A stretch of 64,000 nt of DNA, taken from contig JBHGNT010000015.1 in NCBI GenBank assembly GCA_043228905.1, forward strand, positions 6,820,001-6,884,000, in the 5' to 3' direction. Positions 1-13,580 of this stretch are shown piece by piece. Every line of letters starts with the position of its first letter. Position 1 is the first letter of the stretch. The translations under genes and the position numbers were made by a program. Source of the DNA: Azolla caroliniana (lineage: Eukaryota; Plantae; Polypodiophyta). Under the pieces are notes generated by a model. The model was not told where the DNA came from and searched no databases. It saw only the letters and a program-made list of their open reading frames with translations.

Positions 1-2001
1 CGACTCCGGACTTCACGTCCAATCCGATTTTTGAAGAAGAAATTAGTGAGGCTGAAATGCCTCCGCACGATGAAGAAATCGGAGCTCTTAGAGAGAGTCT
101 GATCTCATTTCAGCTAAGCGGGCCGAATGAGGTGTTCGGCCGAGATGACCACCCAGATGATGAGATGGTGAATAGTGGAGACTCGGTCGTGATGTCCCTG
201 TGTAAAGAACCGAGGAGATGGTTTACGTGCACGGAGAAGGGGGAAGAAGAAGACGCCAGAATACGATTTCGGTAGTGCCGAGTCAGTTCGAAGCGAATCT
301 GACCTCGAACCAGTCGAGAAGGAACCTCCACAAAAGAGGTCGAAATCGACCGAAAAGGTCATGAAATCGGGTAATCACGAATTACACCGATCCACCCGCC
401 AGAAGAACCCCGTAAAGAGATACGGGTATAATGAGTACATGGCGCACCATTACGCGTACATGACGCGAGTGGCGGAAGTGCGTGAGCCGGAGAGCTAAGC
501 AGAAGCGGCGAAGGACACAAATTGGCGTGCCACAATGGAGGAAGAGATGCGCGCCTTAATGCAGAACGAGACATGGGACTTGGTTGATGCACCGAAGGGT
601 GTGAAGATGATCGGTTGCCGGTGGGTGTATAAAGTGAAACACAACACGGACGGCTCCATCAACTGCTACAAGGCCCGGTTAGTAGCAAAAGGCTACGCGC
701 AGAAGCACGACGTGGACTATGACGAGACCTTCGCGCCTGTCGCGAAGATGACGACCGTCCATGTTTTGCTCGCGGTAGTAGCAGCAAAGGGGTGGCACTT
801 ACATCAAATGGATGTAAAGAACGCGTTCCTGCAAGGTGATCTTGAGGAACATGTGTACATGGTACAACCCCCCGGATTTCTATCCAAACAAAACACCTCT
901 GCAGTTTGCCGATTGAAGAGATCCTTGTATGGACTAATGCAAGCCCCGCGAGCTTGGAACGTAAAGATTACGCAACACTTGCGTAGGATGGGGTTTGCGT
1001 CGTCGAAATCAGACTCTTCTCTATTTGTTCGGCAAGGACAATATGGATTGGTCAGCCTACTCTTGTACGTTGATGATTTAGTCATCGCCAACGTCAACCT
1101 TGACGAAATCCGCCACGTGAAGTCTCAGCTTGCGGCATCGTTTGAAATGAAGGATCTCGGAGACCTTCATTACTTCCTCGGGATCGAAGTGATCCGTACC
1201 CCCGAAGGCATATTGATAAACTAAAGTCATTACGCGCTGAATGTGCTCTTCAAGTTCGGAATGGCAAACTGTAAGCCCATCTCGACCCCTCTGGATAGAA
1301 ACGTGAAGCTTCGCCCAGCTTCGGGCGAGGCGTGCGATCCAACACTGTTTCGACAGATTATCGGGAGCCTTATCTATTTGACGATTACTCGGCCGGATCT
1401 TAGCTACCCTGTCAGCTTAATCAGTCAATTCATGTTGCAACCTACGGCCGAACACTTTCAATGCGCGCAACGGATACTGCATTATGTTAGCGGCACGAAA
1501 GATATGGCGTTATTTTATCGGGCAGGCGTAGCCGAACAGTTAGTCGGCTACACAGATGCCGATTGGGCCGGAAACACCAGTGATCGTAAATCCACATCTG
1601 GATACACATTCTCATTAGGAAGTGCGGTGATCGCGTGGAGCAGCAAAAAGCAGCCGACAGTAGCACTATCGAGCATGGAGGCTGAATATCGAGGGGCAAC
1701 TGTCGCTACATGCGAAGTCATTTGGATAAAACGGCTATTACGGGATCTGCATGTAGAGGTGTCTGATTCGATGACGATCTATTGTGACAACCTCAGTAGT
1801 CTCCACCTTGCAAAGAACCCCGTCTTTCACGCCCGAACCAAGCACATTGAGGTGCATTACCATTTTGTCCGCGAGCGGGTCCTTTCAGGAGAAGGCGAAC
1901 TAGTGCATGTTTCGACTGATCGGAAGATTGCCGACATCTTCATAAAGCCTCTTGGTGTCGAAAGGTTGCGGCATTTCTCGGGTGCGCTTGGGTTGCATCA
2001 T
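1..2001 (+). mobile_element. Ty1/Copia pol fragment (RT + RNase H), decayed
   Basis: ORFs 535-1224 ([24 protein letters not shown]) and 1243-2007 (GYTDADWAG, CDN, TKHIEVHYHFVRE), with in-frame stops. Confidence 0.95.
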
Positions 2002-3557
2002 GAGTGAACCGAACTTGCATTCCTTGATCCACGATCTGCCCGATCGACATCGAGTTCTTGGTGATCGTCGGAACAAGCATGATGTTCCTCATGATTCCTC
2101 TCTGGCCGACATGGCTAAGAGGGACATCCTCAATATGCTCAATGGGATATGGGGTGTCGTCTCCGGTTTTGACCACCCTTGATTTCTCCGACTTCTCAAG
2201 AAAGGAGAACCACTCTTTGCGGTGCATCATGCGATTGAAAGCTCTGGAGTTCACATACCACACCTCTTTCGACTTTGAGGTGGATACTCCCATCTGGTTG
2301 GCCTCATGCTTCATTACGAGGGCCGTTCCCGATCCAGCTCTCTCCAAGCCTTCGGCAAAATGCGATCGATGACGCCTATCTACGTCTCTCTAGCTCGATC
2401 TGGCTTTGTCCGAATCCACCCTCCTTTTCCAGCATTCGCTTTCTCTGTAGCCCTTTCGGCCACAATACCAATAGTCCATTTCGGCCTTCCCTTGCCGGCT
2501 TCCGACGCCGCCTTGACTCCCCTTGCTTGTGGAGGGTCCGGTACTGATGTCGGAACCATCTTTATGCCTCCGATTTTTCTCTTGTCGGCCGTCTCCATTG
2601 CACGCCGACCCACCTCATCCGCCATGACCACGGGGCCTCTCAACCTCTGTGTCCAACATCTTCCTTTTTTCCAACATGCCTTTTTGTCGGACGTTGCTCA
2701 ACTCCTGCTTGAGTTGCAGTTTCTGGGCCATGGTGCTTGTGGTGAAAACCTTTAAAGGTTTGTCCAAGCTTCCTTCGGCGTCTTGGCATCCTGGATATGG
2801 CTGAGCAGCTGATCACCGACACTGGGCGCGAAGCAATACATTACCTTGTTTTCCGCTTGTTCCCAAGCTAGAAAGTTCCTGTGTGTCGCATCCAGTGCTA
2901 TATCATTAGCTTCACCTACATAACTCTAGTAGCCATGCCTGATCAGGTACTGGTGCATCTTGTACAACCAAGATGTGTACTTGGTTCTGTTGAGCTTCTC
3001 TGTCGGGAACGAGCTAGTCATTCCTCTGTCCATTCTTTTCTTTTTGTTCTTTACTGTGTATTAGGGTTTGTCTGTAAGTGTCGCTTGTTAGCAAGAGAGC
3101 ATTCTCAACCCTCGTGCTCTGATATCGTGTAAAAGTTAGTGTGCGGAAGCATAGACAAACCGGCTCAGCCGGATAGCAACAAAAAATACACAGAGAGGGG
3201 AGAGACAGAGAGAGTCGAACAAAACTTCTATTTCAAAATAAACTCAATACTCTATACATACACCTAGTGTTTTTGACCACACTATTTATACAAGTCCTTA
3301 AAGGACTTACTAAAGTACTGACTAAAGTACTGACAAGTACTTTAATGCTCGTACTAAGCGACAAACACTAACTCCAAAACTTATGCCTATGTACTAGGCT
3401 AGAGTCGTAGGCTTCTAACGGCCTACCGGTTACAATCTGATCCGGATTATGCTCCGGCTCTCAGTTCCGGATACTGATCCGGTTCTCCGTTCCAGACACT
3501 GATCTAGCTCTGGCTTACTCAACCAATCTGGATCAAGTTGAGCTTGTCCACTCAACA
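1996..3557 (-). mobile_element. Ty1/Copia 5' part: LTR (~3128-3557), degenerate tRNA-Met PBS, gag remnant and protease
   Basis: On the minus strand: TGTTGAG starts at 3557, and ..TTTTACA is followed by CGATATCAGAGC (degenerate PBS). Protease-region VWYVNSRAFNRMM and KNSMSIGQIVDQGMQVRF resemble the 49492-54411 family. Confidence 0.85.
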
Positions 3558-3559
3558 CT

Positions 3560-4297
3560 TCTCAAATGTTGCATTGGCATATCAAAGAGAAGCGAAGATC
3601 TCAATTCAATCATTTATTTTGATTGAGTGTTGTAGATTTGGGAGATGTGGTTGATAATAAATCTCAAAGGTTGTCGGAATTTGAAGATTGCCAAATGATG
3701 GTTATGTATTCCCCCAAATTATGGATTTATTTTGGAGAATGATAAGATATGCTATTGTTGCATGGATGATGGATCTTTCCCAATGAAAACAAAAGTTGCA
3801 CCTTGGGTGCATTGGTGGTTACAAGATGGTAAATGTTTGTTACAAGTCACCACAAATATAATGTATCATCATGCAATGACATTATTATCTTGGCTATCAC
3901 CCAAAGCGGCAAAGTATGGAATGTATATAACTCAAATGCAAGGTGGTGGCAAATATTCCATTTTCCATTTCGTGCAAAGGTATTCATATGGAGAGTCATG
4001 ATTGGTGGGCTCCCATTAGATTCAACCTAAAAGAGACAAGGATTAGGGTTAGGTACGTGCTTCTTTTGCACCATTCCATTGGTAGATAATACACATAGGT
4101 TCATTGAATATCCCATAGCACATATCAGTTGGAAGAACTTATCAGACATTTGGCAAGTTTTATTTTAACCCATTGTTATTTGAGCCCCCAACAATCGGTT
4201 TTTTCTCAATATGTTCATAATGGTCGAAATGACGAGCTGGAGATATTGTTCCAATTTTATGATATTGGGGTTACAACACATTTGGAACATGCATAAT
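3560..4297 (+). mobile_element. L1-like LINE 3' fragment (zf-RVT region), decayed
   Basis: WQIFHFPFRAKVFIWRVMIGGLPL..CFFC motif; homologous to 17215-17800. Confidence 0.7.
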
Positions 4298-6615
4298 TGT
4301 TAGAGCTAGATCCTAATGTAAGCATATGATAAGGAAATATAAATGAAATAGATAAGAGAGGAGAGAGAGAAATAAGGGTGCCTATTCACTTGATCACCCC
4401 CAAGCGAAGGGATTGAGACGGACTTGAGCCTCGATCAACGTCCCGTACCACCGTTGTGGCCTCGAGTTGTACCTGGTACTGCACACTCGCTTCAAGAGTT
4501 GATCACCACGAGGACAAAGTATCGATGTAGTTGATAAAAATGTCAAATGAGGGTAGCTAGGCCTCATATTTATAGCTAGACCTAAGGGCCCCAAGCAAGT
4601 TCTTGTTGGTCCTCGGGCTCGATATCTCCTCTTAGCGCTCGTTGTATCATATCCCGCTCATTATGTTCTCGCGCTAGTTGGTCGGAGGCGTATTTGAGTC
4701 GTTTTGTCAACTAGTCGACCAACTCATAGGACGTGCCAAATTGTAAAATTGCCGCAAATTCATGGGCCGCTGGTGGGATATTTGGAATGGCCAAAACTTC
4801 TTGTGTAGCTGTTGTTGAGGACTTTCCTTTTTCTGTGACGATAGTGAATGTTGTCAGATATTCTACTTCCCACACTTGTGTGGTGGTCGTCACCTCTTCT
4901 TGATTTGTTTGTTGCTTCTTTATGTTTTTTCTCTTCTTTTTCTTTGGTTGGTTTGATTCGGTCTTTGGTTCCTTTCACTTGATAGGCTCTCGATTGACCA
5001 TATGTGATGTATGTCGACTTTCAACTTGCTCCTTTTGTGTTTAGTCGATGTGATGTGAAGTCGGCGACTCGTTTCTTGGGAACCGCAGAAACAACGACAA
5101 GAGCCGACTTCGACCCAACAACCCCATCCTCCCCAAGTTGAGTGTCAATTGGGGGTTGAAGTCTTTCCTTCCATTTTTGTACCTCTACCCTTGCAGTCAG
5201 TTGGCTCTCTGTTGCCTGAGGTTCTTGCCACTCTACATGTGGTCCTGTCATCAGTCGTCTTGCCGATTGTTTTGGCAACGACTGTGAGGACTGCCCCTTT
5301 TACTTCTCTGGGGTCTTATATCTTTGCATGGGTAATGACATGGGACATAATAGGACCAAAATTGGACTAGTCTGTGAACTACCCAAGGAAGTGTCCATAA
5401 GTCGGCCGAGTTGGTCATTTGAATCTAAGAATGGGCTGGTTGGGGTCGTCCCTATCTATGCTTTGAGTATAAAGCCATTAAGTTCCCATTTTGGCAACAA
5501 TTCACCTGCTAATGTGCCTAGTTGGTATGTGTCGGCGTTGCTGTCAACGATCCAATAGGGCCTTGTTCATCTCAATCGTAGCTTCCTTAACATAGAACCC
5601 ATTTTGGTTTGAAATACTAGTATTGGTTTTCCGATGCCGAAGAGCTTTTCTTTGCCAAGTCAGTGTCGATCGACAGAGGCTTTTGTCTTCCTCTACTTCT
5701 GTTCTAAATGCCATATCGACTGTAGTCGACTTTCCTCTAATATGAGGAGATGCTCTTTTCGAATTCTTTTCAACTGTTTTTCATCCGGTCATTCTGCGAC
5801 ATGCACTTGTAAACTCGAAATCTGGAATTAAATTGGCATGACTGTCTCTAATCCGAAGGCCAGTTGAAATGGAGTTGATTGAATTGTGGTTTTCTAAGTT
5901 GTCTGATATGCCCATCATGCACTATGTAGTTTCTGATCCTAGTCAGTACGATTTTCATTGACTATCTTCTTTAGGATCATCTGCAACGTTTTATTGGTCA
6001 ATTTCGCTAATCCATTCGCCTGTGGATAATATGGTGTACTCTTTTTGTGCACCATTGCATAATAATATGTTAATTCATAAATTACTTTATTGATAAAGTG
6101 AGTACTCGGATCGCTTACGAGCTCAATCGGACAACCGAATCTACACCAAATATATTCATACAAGAATTTTGTTGTCGATGTTGTTGTATTATCTTGTACA
6201 ACTCTTGCTTCGACCCACTTAGTACAATAGTCAGTCATGAAAATCACTTATCTATTCCCTGTTCGTGCTGCTACAGGTTTGAATGGTCCGACAAAGTTGA
6301 TACCCCAATTTTGAAATGGTTTGAGTGGCAAAACCGGTTGGTGTGGCATTCGATCCTTCTCATTCAGCTACCCCACTCGCTGACATAAGTCACATCGTCG
6401 ATAATAATTGATTGCATCCTTCAATATTCTCGGCCACCATAACACACTATTCCATATTTTCTGAGCAGTCGTCTCTCCTGCATAATGCCCTCCATCAATT
6501 CCACAATGAGCTTCGCGTAAGGCTACCTCCTTCTCGAAATCTCGGACGCATATCTCCCAAATTTTGTCTGCTCCTTTATGATAGAGTGCTTCCTCAATCA
6601 CAAATGCAGTCGAAA
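4298..6615 (-). mobile_element. Ty3/Gypsy (non-chromovirus, Tat/Athila-like) integrase and 3' region, truncated
   Basis: ORFs 6368-6601 (H..GGH..WWP..CDLCQ zinc finger) and 5939-6247 (TDYCTKWVEA, RFGCPIELVSD, YYPQANG). A probable LTR end TGTTAGAGC at 4298. Confidence 0.8.
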
Positions 6616-9600
6616 TGAGTCGTCATTGGATTCCCGACTTTCACGAAAAAGGAAATTGTAGGCACGTGCGAAGCTTGCCAATTTGGTAAACATCACCAAC
6701 AACCATTCCCAAGGGAGAGGAACATAAGCAAAGCGATCCTGAATGCAATACATTCAGATGTATGGGGACTAGCCCATATGGCAACATTCGGTGGTTGCCG
6801 GTACTACGTAACGTTCATGGACAACTTCTCCAGACATACCTGGATTTATCCTATGCGCCAGAAGAGTGAAGTGTGCTCGCACTTCTAGAAATTCAAGAAC
6901 GAAGTCGAAAAGGCAACTAATCGTCATGTACGATGCCTTCAATCGGACGATGGCAAAGAGTACTTCTCCGACGCCTTTATAGCATACCTTCGACAAGAAG
7001 GAATCCGGTGGGAATTTACTTGTTGACACACACCTCAGCAAAACGGAGTAGCTGAACACAAGAACCGACACATACTTGAGGTGGCAAAGGCAATGATGAA
7101 CGAGAAACATTTGCTAAAGTCATATTAGGTTGAAGCGGTGAATATGGCCATCTATCTGATGAATCGTTGCACAACATTAGGAGTGCACGATGTTGCCCCC
7201 CATGAGAGGTTATATTGGAAGAAACTAGATATATCCCACGTCAAGATATTCGGTTCAATAGCATATGTACATATTCCCGATGAGAAGTGACAGAAGCTCG
7301 ATCCTAAGTCGATGAAATGTATTCTTTTGGGGTACTCACTCGAGCAAAAAGGGTATAAGTACTTCAACCCCTCTACCAAGAAGGTGTGAGTGAGTAGGGA
7401 CATTGTCTTCGATGAGTCGGCATTCTAGTATACAGTCGACTAAGCTCCATCCAACCCAGTCGAAACCGAGTTCGACATAGATGCGGAGGAGGAGGATCGA
7501 CTGAGGCTCCCATCAAAGGTAAGCCCAATCTCTATCAGGTTGAGTGGACCACAAGAGTCTCCAAGCGACCAAAGCACGTCATGGAAAATTCCAAAGATGG
7601 ACACCAAAGGTAAGGCCAAAATACTTGAGTATGAAGACTTAGATGGAAATGAATCGACTCACTCACTCGACAGTGAGCATGGTGGACTGGATGTGCCCAT
7701 CATGAGGACACCCGAGCACCACATCGCTCCACCGGAGAGAAGAATGTAGTAAGCCAATTCGGCTAGAATGATTACATGGCATATCATTATGCATTCATGA
7801 TGAAGGTGGTGGTAGTCTGAGAACCAGAAACCTTTTCCGAAGCTGCTAAAGACCCACGATGGGTTGAAGCAATGAATGAGGAGATGCAAGAACTCTCCAA
7901 GAATGAGACATGGGATCTCGTCCCTTCGTTACACCACCAAAAGGCAATTGGATTCCAGTGGATCTTCAAAGTGAAGCACAACACCGACGACACTATCAAT
8001 CTGTACAAGGCCAGGCTTGTGGCAAAGGGCTACGCGTAGACACATGGTGTCAATTATGAAGAGACCTTTGCCCTAGTGGCAAAGATGACTACCATTCGAA
8101 TTGTGATCGCACTCGCAGTTGCCAAGGGGTGGTACCTCCACCAAATGGACGTCAAGAATGCCTTTCTCCAAGGAGAATTAAATGAGGTGTACATGGTACA
8201 ACCACCAGGCTTCAAGTTGAGCACACACCTATAAGCGGTATGTCGACTGAGAAAGCCTCTCTATGGCCTCAAGCAGGCACCGAGAGCATGACATTCAAAG
8301 AGAATCCAATATCTTCATCAAATCGGCTTCAACATGTCCAAGTCCGACAACTCGGCTTCAACATGTCCAATATCTTCATCAAATCGGCTTCAACATGTCC
8401 AAGGAGAATTAAATGAGGAGGTGTACATGGTACAACCACCAGGCTTCAAGTTGAGCACACACCTATAAGCGGTATGTCGACTGAGAAAGCCTCTCTATGG
8501 CCTCAAGCAGGCACCGAGAGCATGACATTCAAAGAGAATCCAATATCTTCATCAAATCGGCTTCAACATGTCCAAGTCCAACAACTCTCTGTTCATCTAG
8601 AGCAACTCCAAAGGATAGGTATTTACCATTATTTATGTGAATGACTTGTTCATAGGAGAAGAGCACTTAGCATACATTGAGTAGATCAAGAAGGTCCTCT
8701 CCAACCGATTCGAAATAAAAGACATTAAGGAGCTCCATTACTTTCTAGGACTAGAAGTAATTTGGATTCCTAACGACATCATGCTTTCTTAGAGGCACTA
8801 TATCCTCAATCTTCTCTTCAAGTTTGACATGACACAGTGTAAGCCCATCACTACCCCTCTTGATCACAACCTAAAGATAGATGCTAACTCAGGCACAAGA
8901 GAGTGTGAGCCGACACTCTATCGTCAGCTAGTAGGAAGCCTAATCTACCTCACCATTACTTGACTCGACTTGAGTTACCCGGTCGGCCTCCTTAGCTTGT
9001 TCATGCAAACTCCGCGAGACATCCATCTCGATTGTGCTAAGCAAGTGCTAATGTATGTGAGTGGCACCATGGATTACAACATCCTCTACAAATCAGCCAC
9101 ACCGATACGACTCAAAGGGTACACAAATGTTGACTAGGACAACTACAAAGTTGGCAGACGATCAACCTTAGGGTTCGTTATCTCCCTCGACAACGGAGCT
9201 ATATCTTCAAACAATAAGAAGCAGCTGATAATCACACTGTCGAGCACTGAAGCCCAATATAGGGGCGCAACGGTCATCGCATGTGAAGCCGTTTGACTTA
9301 AAAGAATCTTGAAGGATCTGGGCGTTCCTATCATGGATCTGATTCTCCTCTGCCGCGACAATATGCGCAGTATTCACCTAGCTCGGAACCCAATTTTCCG
9401 AGATCATATTTTGGCCGGAGATGTCGACCTCCAACACATCAACATGAACCTGCAAACGACCAACATCTTCACCAAGGTCCTGGGGATTGACAAGCTACGA
9501 CAATTCACGACGAATCTAGGTCTTTCGACAGTCAACCGCCCAAGCTTGAGAGGGAGTAAACAACAGGAAGAGTGAACCGGTCATCCGAAGCCAAAGCTAG

Positions 9601-9976
9601 TGGACTCAAAACCAACCTGAACACCCATTCCGAACCAACGATCTGGCGATCGAAAGTTGTGTTTGAAGGGGCGTGTTGAGAATCAAACTCAACTTCCCAT
9701 GTGTGGGAACACACTCTAGGACACTTAAGTGTGTAAACACCCCACCTCCTTGTATAATAAGTAGCGTGTCATAGAATTTAATATCCTATGACACATATTC
9801 ATTAAGTAGTTAAGGCTTGACCTCTTTCCCAAGGGGCTGGTTTAGTGAGAGAACTTAGAGAGAAGGTGACTATATAAGCATCTTCTCCTTATCTTTGTTA
9901 TGGTTGGTTCATTCTTGCTAGTGTTAATACAATTTTCTGTTTTTCTTGTGTTCTTTGCAATGCCAAAGTTATCATT
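6616..9976 (+). mobile_element. Ty1/Copia, 5'-truncated: INT-RT-RH, PPT and partial 3' LTR (from 9674)
   Basis: Decayed integrase, RT and RNase H. PPT GTTTGAAGGGGCG is followed by TGTTGAGAATCAAACTCAAC, the same LTR start as at 54270. Confidence 0.9.
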
Positions 9977-10070
9977 TGTCAGGGATAGTACTAGAGACAA
10001 GGAGAATTAGTACTAAAGATAGAGGAGAAGAATGAGGATTAGTACTAAGACGGGAAAGAGTGTGTGAGAA

Positions 10071-10120
<50 letters not shown>

Positions 10121-10422
10121 TGACAACAGGAAGTATATTATATTATATGAAGAAAGATACAAGGGCAGCTAGGAGGCTTAAGACTGGCGTTGAACCGAAT
10201 TGGTTCTTAATAATGCCATGTGCCTCTATTTATAGTACTGCCAAAAGTTTCTAGAATGTTCTAGTGTAATCTAGAATATACATGAATTTCCTACAGTGAA
10301 ATAATAAATAAAAATAATATTTTTCGTATTACAATGCATGGTTTAATGCTAAGTAAGGGTTCAAACCTTGTAACACAAGGTCATGGGTTCAAATCCTTTT
10401 GGAGCCATGCCATATCATGACA
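9977..10422 (-). repeat. 3' LTR of the chromovirus, containing (GA)n at ~10077-10115
   Basis: Direct repeat of 14635-15076. Confidence 0.92.
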
Positions 10423-12863
10423 CTACCCCCCCCACCCCCCTTTAAACGACGAGTGTTATGAGTATTCAAGAAGAGTGTGAGCATTCGCCACATTCGTGAT
10501 TGGTTCCCAAGTATGCTCGCTTGGACTATATCTGAGCCAATCGACTAATTTAATAATAGAGCTTGTTGCGAACCATCTTGGAATCGAGGATGGCAACAAC
10601 CTCGTACTCAGGTCCATCTTTAAGTTCAATCGGGGGTGGAGGTGGTGTAATACGATCTAGGATAGTGCTGTCCTGATAGGGTTTTAGAAGAGAACTATGA
10701 AATACCGGATGTATCCGTAGTTGCGGAGGTAGATCAAGGTGAAAAGTGACATCATTAAATTTTCCGTTAATACAAAAAGGCCCTAACCGTCAATAATCCA
10801 GTTTGTCACACAATCGAGTAGTCTTGGTGTGTTGTCGTAATAGCCATACTCGATCTCCAATATCAAAATAGGATGGAAGCTTATGAAGATCCACATAGTC
10901 CTTCTGTTTGTGCTTAGCGCGATGTAGATGGATAGATAGTTCTGCCTGAATTCATTTTGGCCGCTCCAAATGATCGTTTGCACTAGCATTTGTGGGTAAC
11001 TCAGGAGTTTCTAACACACACCAACGAGGATGATAGCCGGTATAAGCGTAAAATGGAGTAACCCTAGTAGAGGAGTGGATAGAATTATTATAAGCAAATT
11101 CAGCAAAGTGTAGAATATCTGCCCAATCATCTTGTTGATAGCTTAGGAAACACTGAAGATATTGTTCCAACGTTTGATTGGTATGTTTTGCTTGTCCATC
11201 TGTTTGAGGATGATAGTCAGAGGAGAGATTGCAAGTAACCTTCAGCATTTTGAAGAGATGCTTCCAAAATTTAGAGACGAATTGAGGTCCACGATCACTG
11301 ATGATACTGTTGGGAAGACCATGATGCCGAAATACTTCATGCATAACAATTTCCTGCTCACTAGTGATTTCTTTAGTACAGGGCACGAAATGTGCCATCT
11401 TAGTATATCGATCTACCATTGTTAAGATCACATTGAAGCCATTCGAATTGGAAGATCTGTGATAAAATCTAGAGAAATAGATTCACAGTTTGCTTGGGAT
11501 CCGTAACGGCTCCAACAAACCATATGGATGATGTTTAGGCATCTTCGCTCTGCAACATGTATCACATGTCTGAACATAGGCTTCGCCAAATCTTCGCATA
11601 TGGGGCCACCAAAATGATCGTGATACTAAATCCAACGTTTTAGTACTACCAAAATGTTTGATTGTGTATGTGTCATGAAAATTTTGTACTATTCGAAGGC
11701 GACAAGATCCATTGAGAACATACAAAAGTTTCTTAAAGAAGAGTAAACCATCATGACATTTGAATTGTCGATAATCCGTACCTGGTTGTTGTGACCGTGA
11801 ACAAGATGCTCGAGAGGGATTGATTTGATCTAGAATAGCTTGAGCAAAAACATATCTCTTCAAATCTTCACGTATGGTATCGATAATGTGGTAATCCAAT
11901 GGACTGTCAAAAACCCATGTTGCTTGAACTGGTGTTGGACCCAAGATTACTTGCTTTTGATTGTCGAAGGCTAGATCACCAAGACGAGGAGCTAGATACG
12001 AGCGTCGTGCTAAGGCATCTACCTTCCCCTATTGCTTGGCCGGATGATATGTAATCTTGAAGTCAAAACGAGTGAGGAGCTGAGCCCACCGAGCTTGTTG
12101 TCTATTTAACACGCGAGCATTCTAGAAGTAGGCAAGATTCTTGTGGTCACTAAATACAGTGACTTGATCAGGAGATTCTTCTAAAAAATGCCATCATTGT
12201 GCAAAAGAGTCCACTATTGCTAATAGCTCCTTGTCATGTATCTCGTAGTTGATTTTGGCGGTGTCAAATTTGCGTGAGTGGAAAGCCATGGGATGTAGCT
12301 TCTCATCGTCGCCTTGCTGTGACAAAATACTATCGAGGGCGAAATTTGACGCGCCTGCTTCAATGATAAATGGTTTTTGCAGATCAACATGAGCTAGAAT
12401 AGGAGCCGATGTAAATGCTTTCTTGAGACCTTCAAAATCCATGTCTGCTTCTTTAGACCAAAAAAATGGTTGTCCCTCCTTTGTAAGTTGTGTGAGTGGT
12501 AAAATAAGCTTTTGAGTAGTCTTGTATAAACTTGCGACAGAAATTTGCAAATCCTAAAAAGCATTGCACATCTCGCAATGAACGTGGAGTTTGCCACTCT
12601 AACATAGATATGCCTTCCGAGGAGAGACATAGCCTAGAAATTCCACCTGGTTACAGTCAAAACTACACTTCTCCAGCTTTGCATAAAGACCATATTCTCG
12701 TAGTCGTCTTAGTACTAATAGTACATGAGAATTAGGCTCCTCCTGTGTCTTTGAATAAACTAGTAGATCATCCAAGTAGATGATCAAACAGATGTCCAAA
12801 AGATTTTAGAATATATCATTTGCCATGTGCTAGAAGATTGTTGGCACATTGGTGAGGTCGAAT

Positions 12864-13580
12864 GGCATAACCGTGGGAGAAATTCTTATCCATGAAGCAA
12901 GAATTGGCTTCAGAATCTAGGAGTGCTAAGACATGTACTAGAGGGTTACTTTTAGTACTAATTGTTACTTGAGCTAGGAAGACATTGCTAACTTGCTTAG
13001 AGGGAATGGAGCCACTAATGGGCTGCACAAATCTAGGGTTGTCCAACCAAACGGCTCCTATTTGGCTGGACTTAGTCGTTTAACTCTTCTTCTAGGTGAC
13101 TAAGGACTTCAAATTTGTTTCATAGGCTTGGGCTATCAGACACTCCTAATAGAAAAAACTCGGGTTTAGTACTAGCGGCTATTTGATTTACTTGTCTTCT
13201 AGGCCTATGAGGACAATTCACTAGGCATAACCGTGGGAGAAATTCTTATCCATGAAGCAAGAATTGGCTCCAGAATCTAGGAGTGCTAAGACATGTACTA
13301 GAGGGTTACTTTTACTACTAATTGTTACTTGAGCTAGGAAGACATTGCTAACTTGCTTAGAGGGAATGGAACCACTAATGGGCTGCACAAATCTAGGGTT
13401 GTCTAACCAAACGGCTCCTATTTGGCTGGACTTAGTCATTTAACTCTTCTTCTAGGTGATTAAGGACTTCAAATTTGTTTCATAGGCTTGGGCTATCAGA
13501 CACTCCTAATGGAAAAAACTCGGGTTTAGTACTAGCGGCTATTTGATTTACTTGTCTTCTAGGCCTATGAGCACAATTCA
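12864..13580. repeat. 360-nt tandem duplication of the gag-end/protease region
   Basis: GGCATAACCGTGGGAGAAATTC occurs at 12864 and 13224. ORFs 12816-13046 and 13221-13439 are near-identical. Confidence 0.93.
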
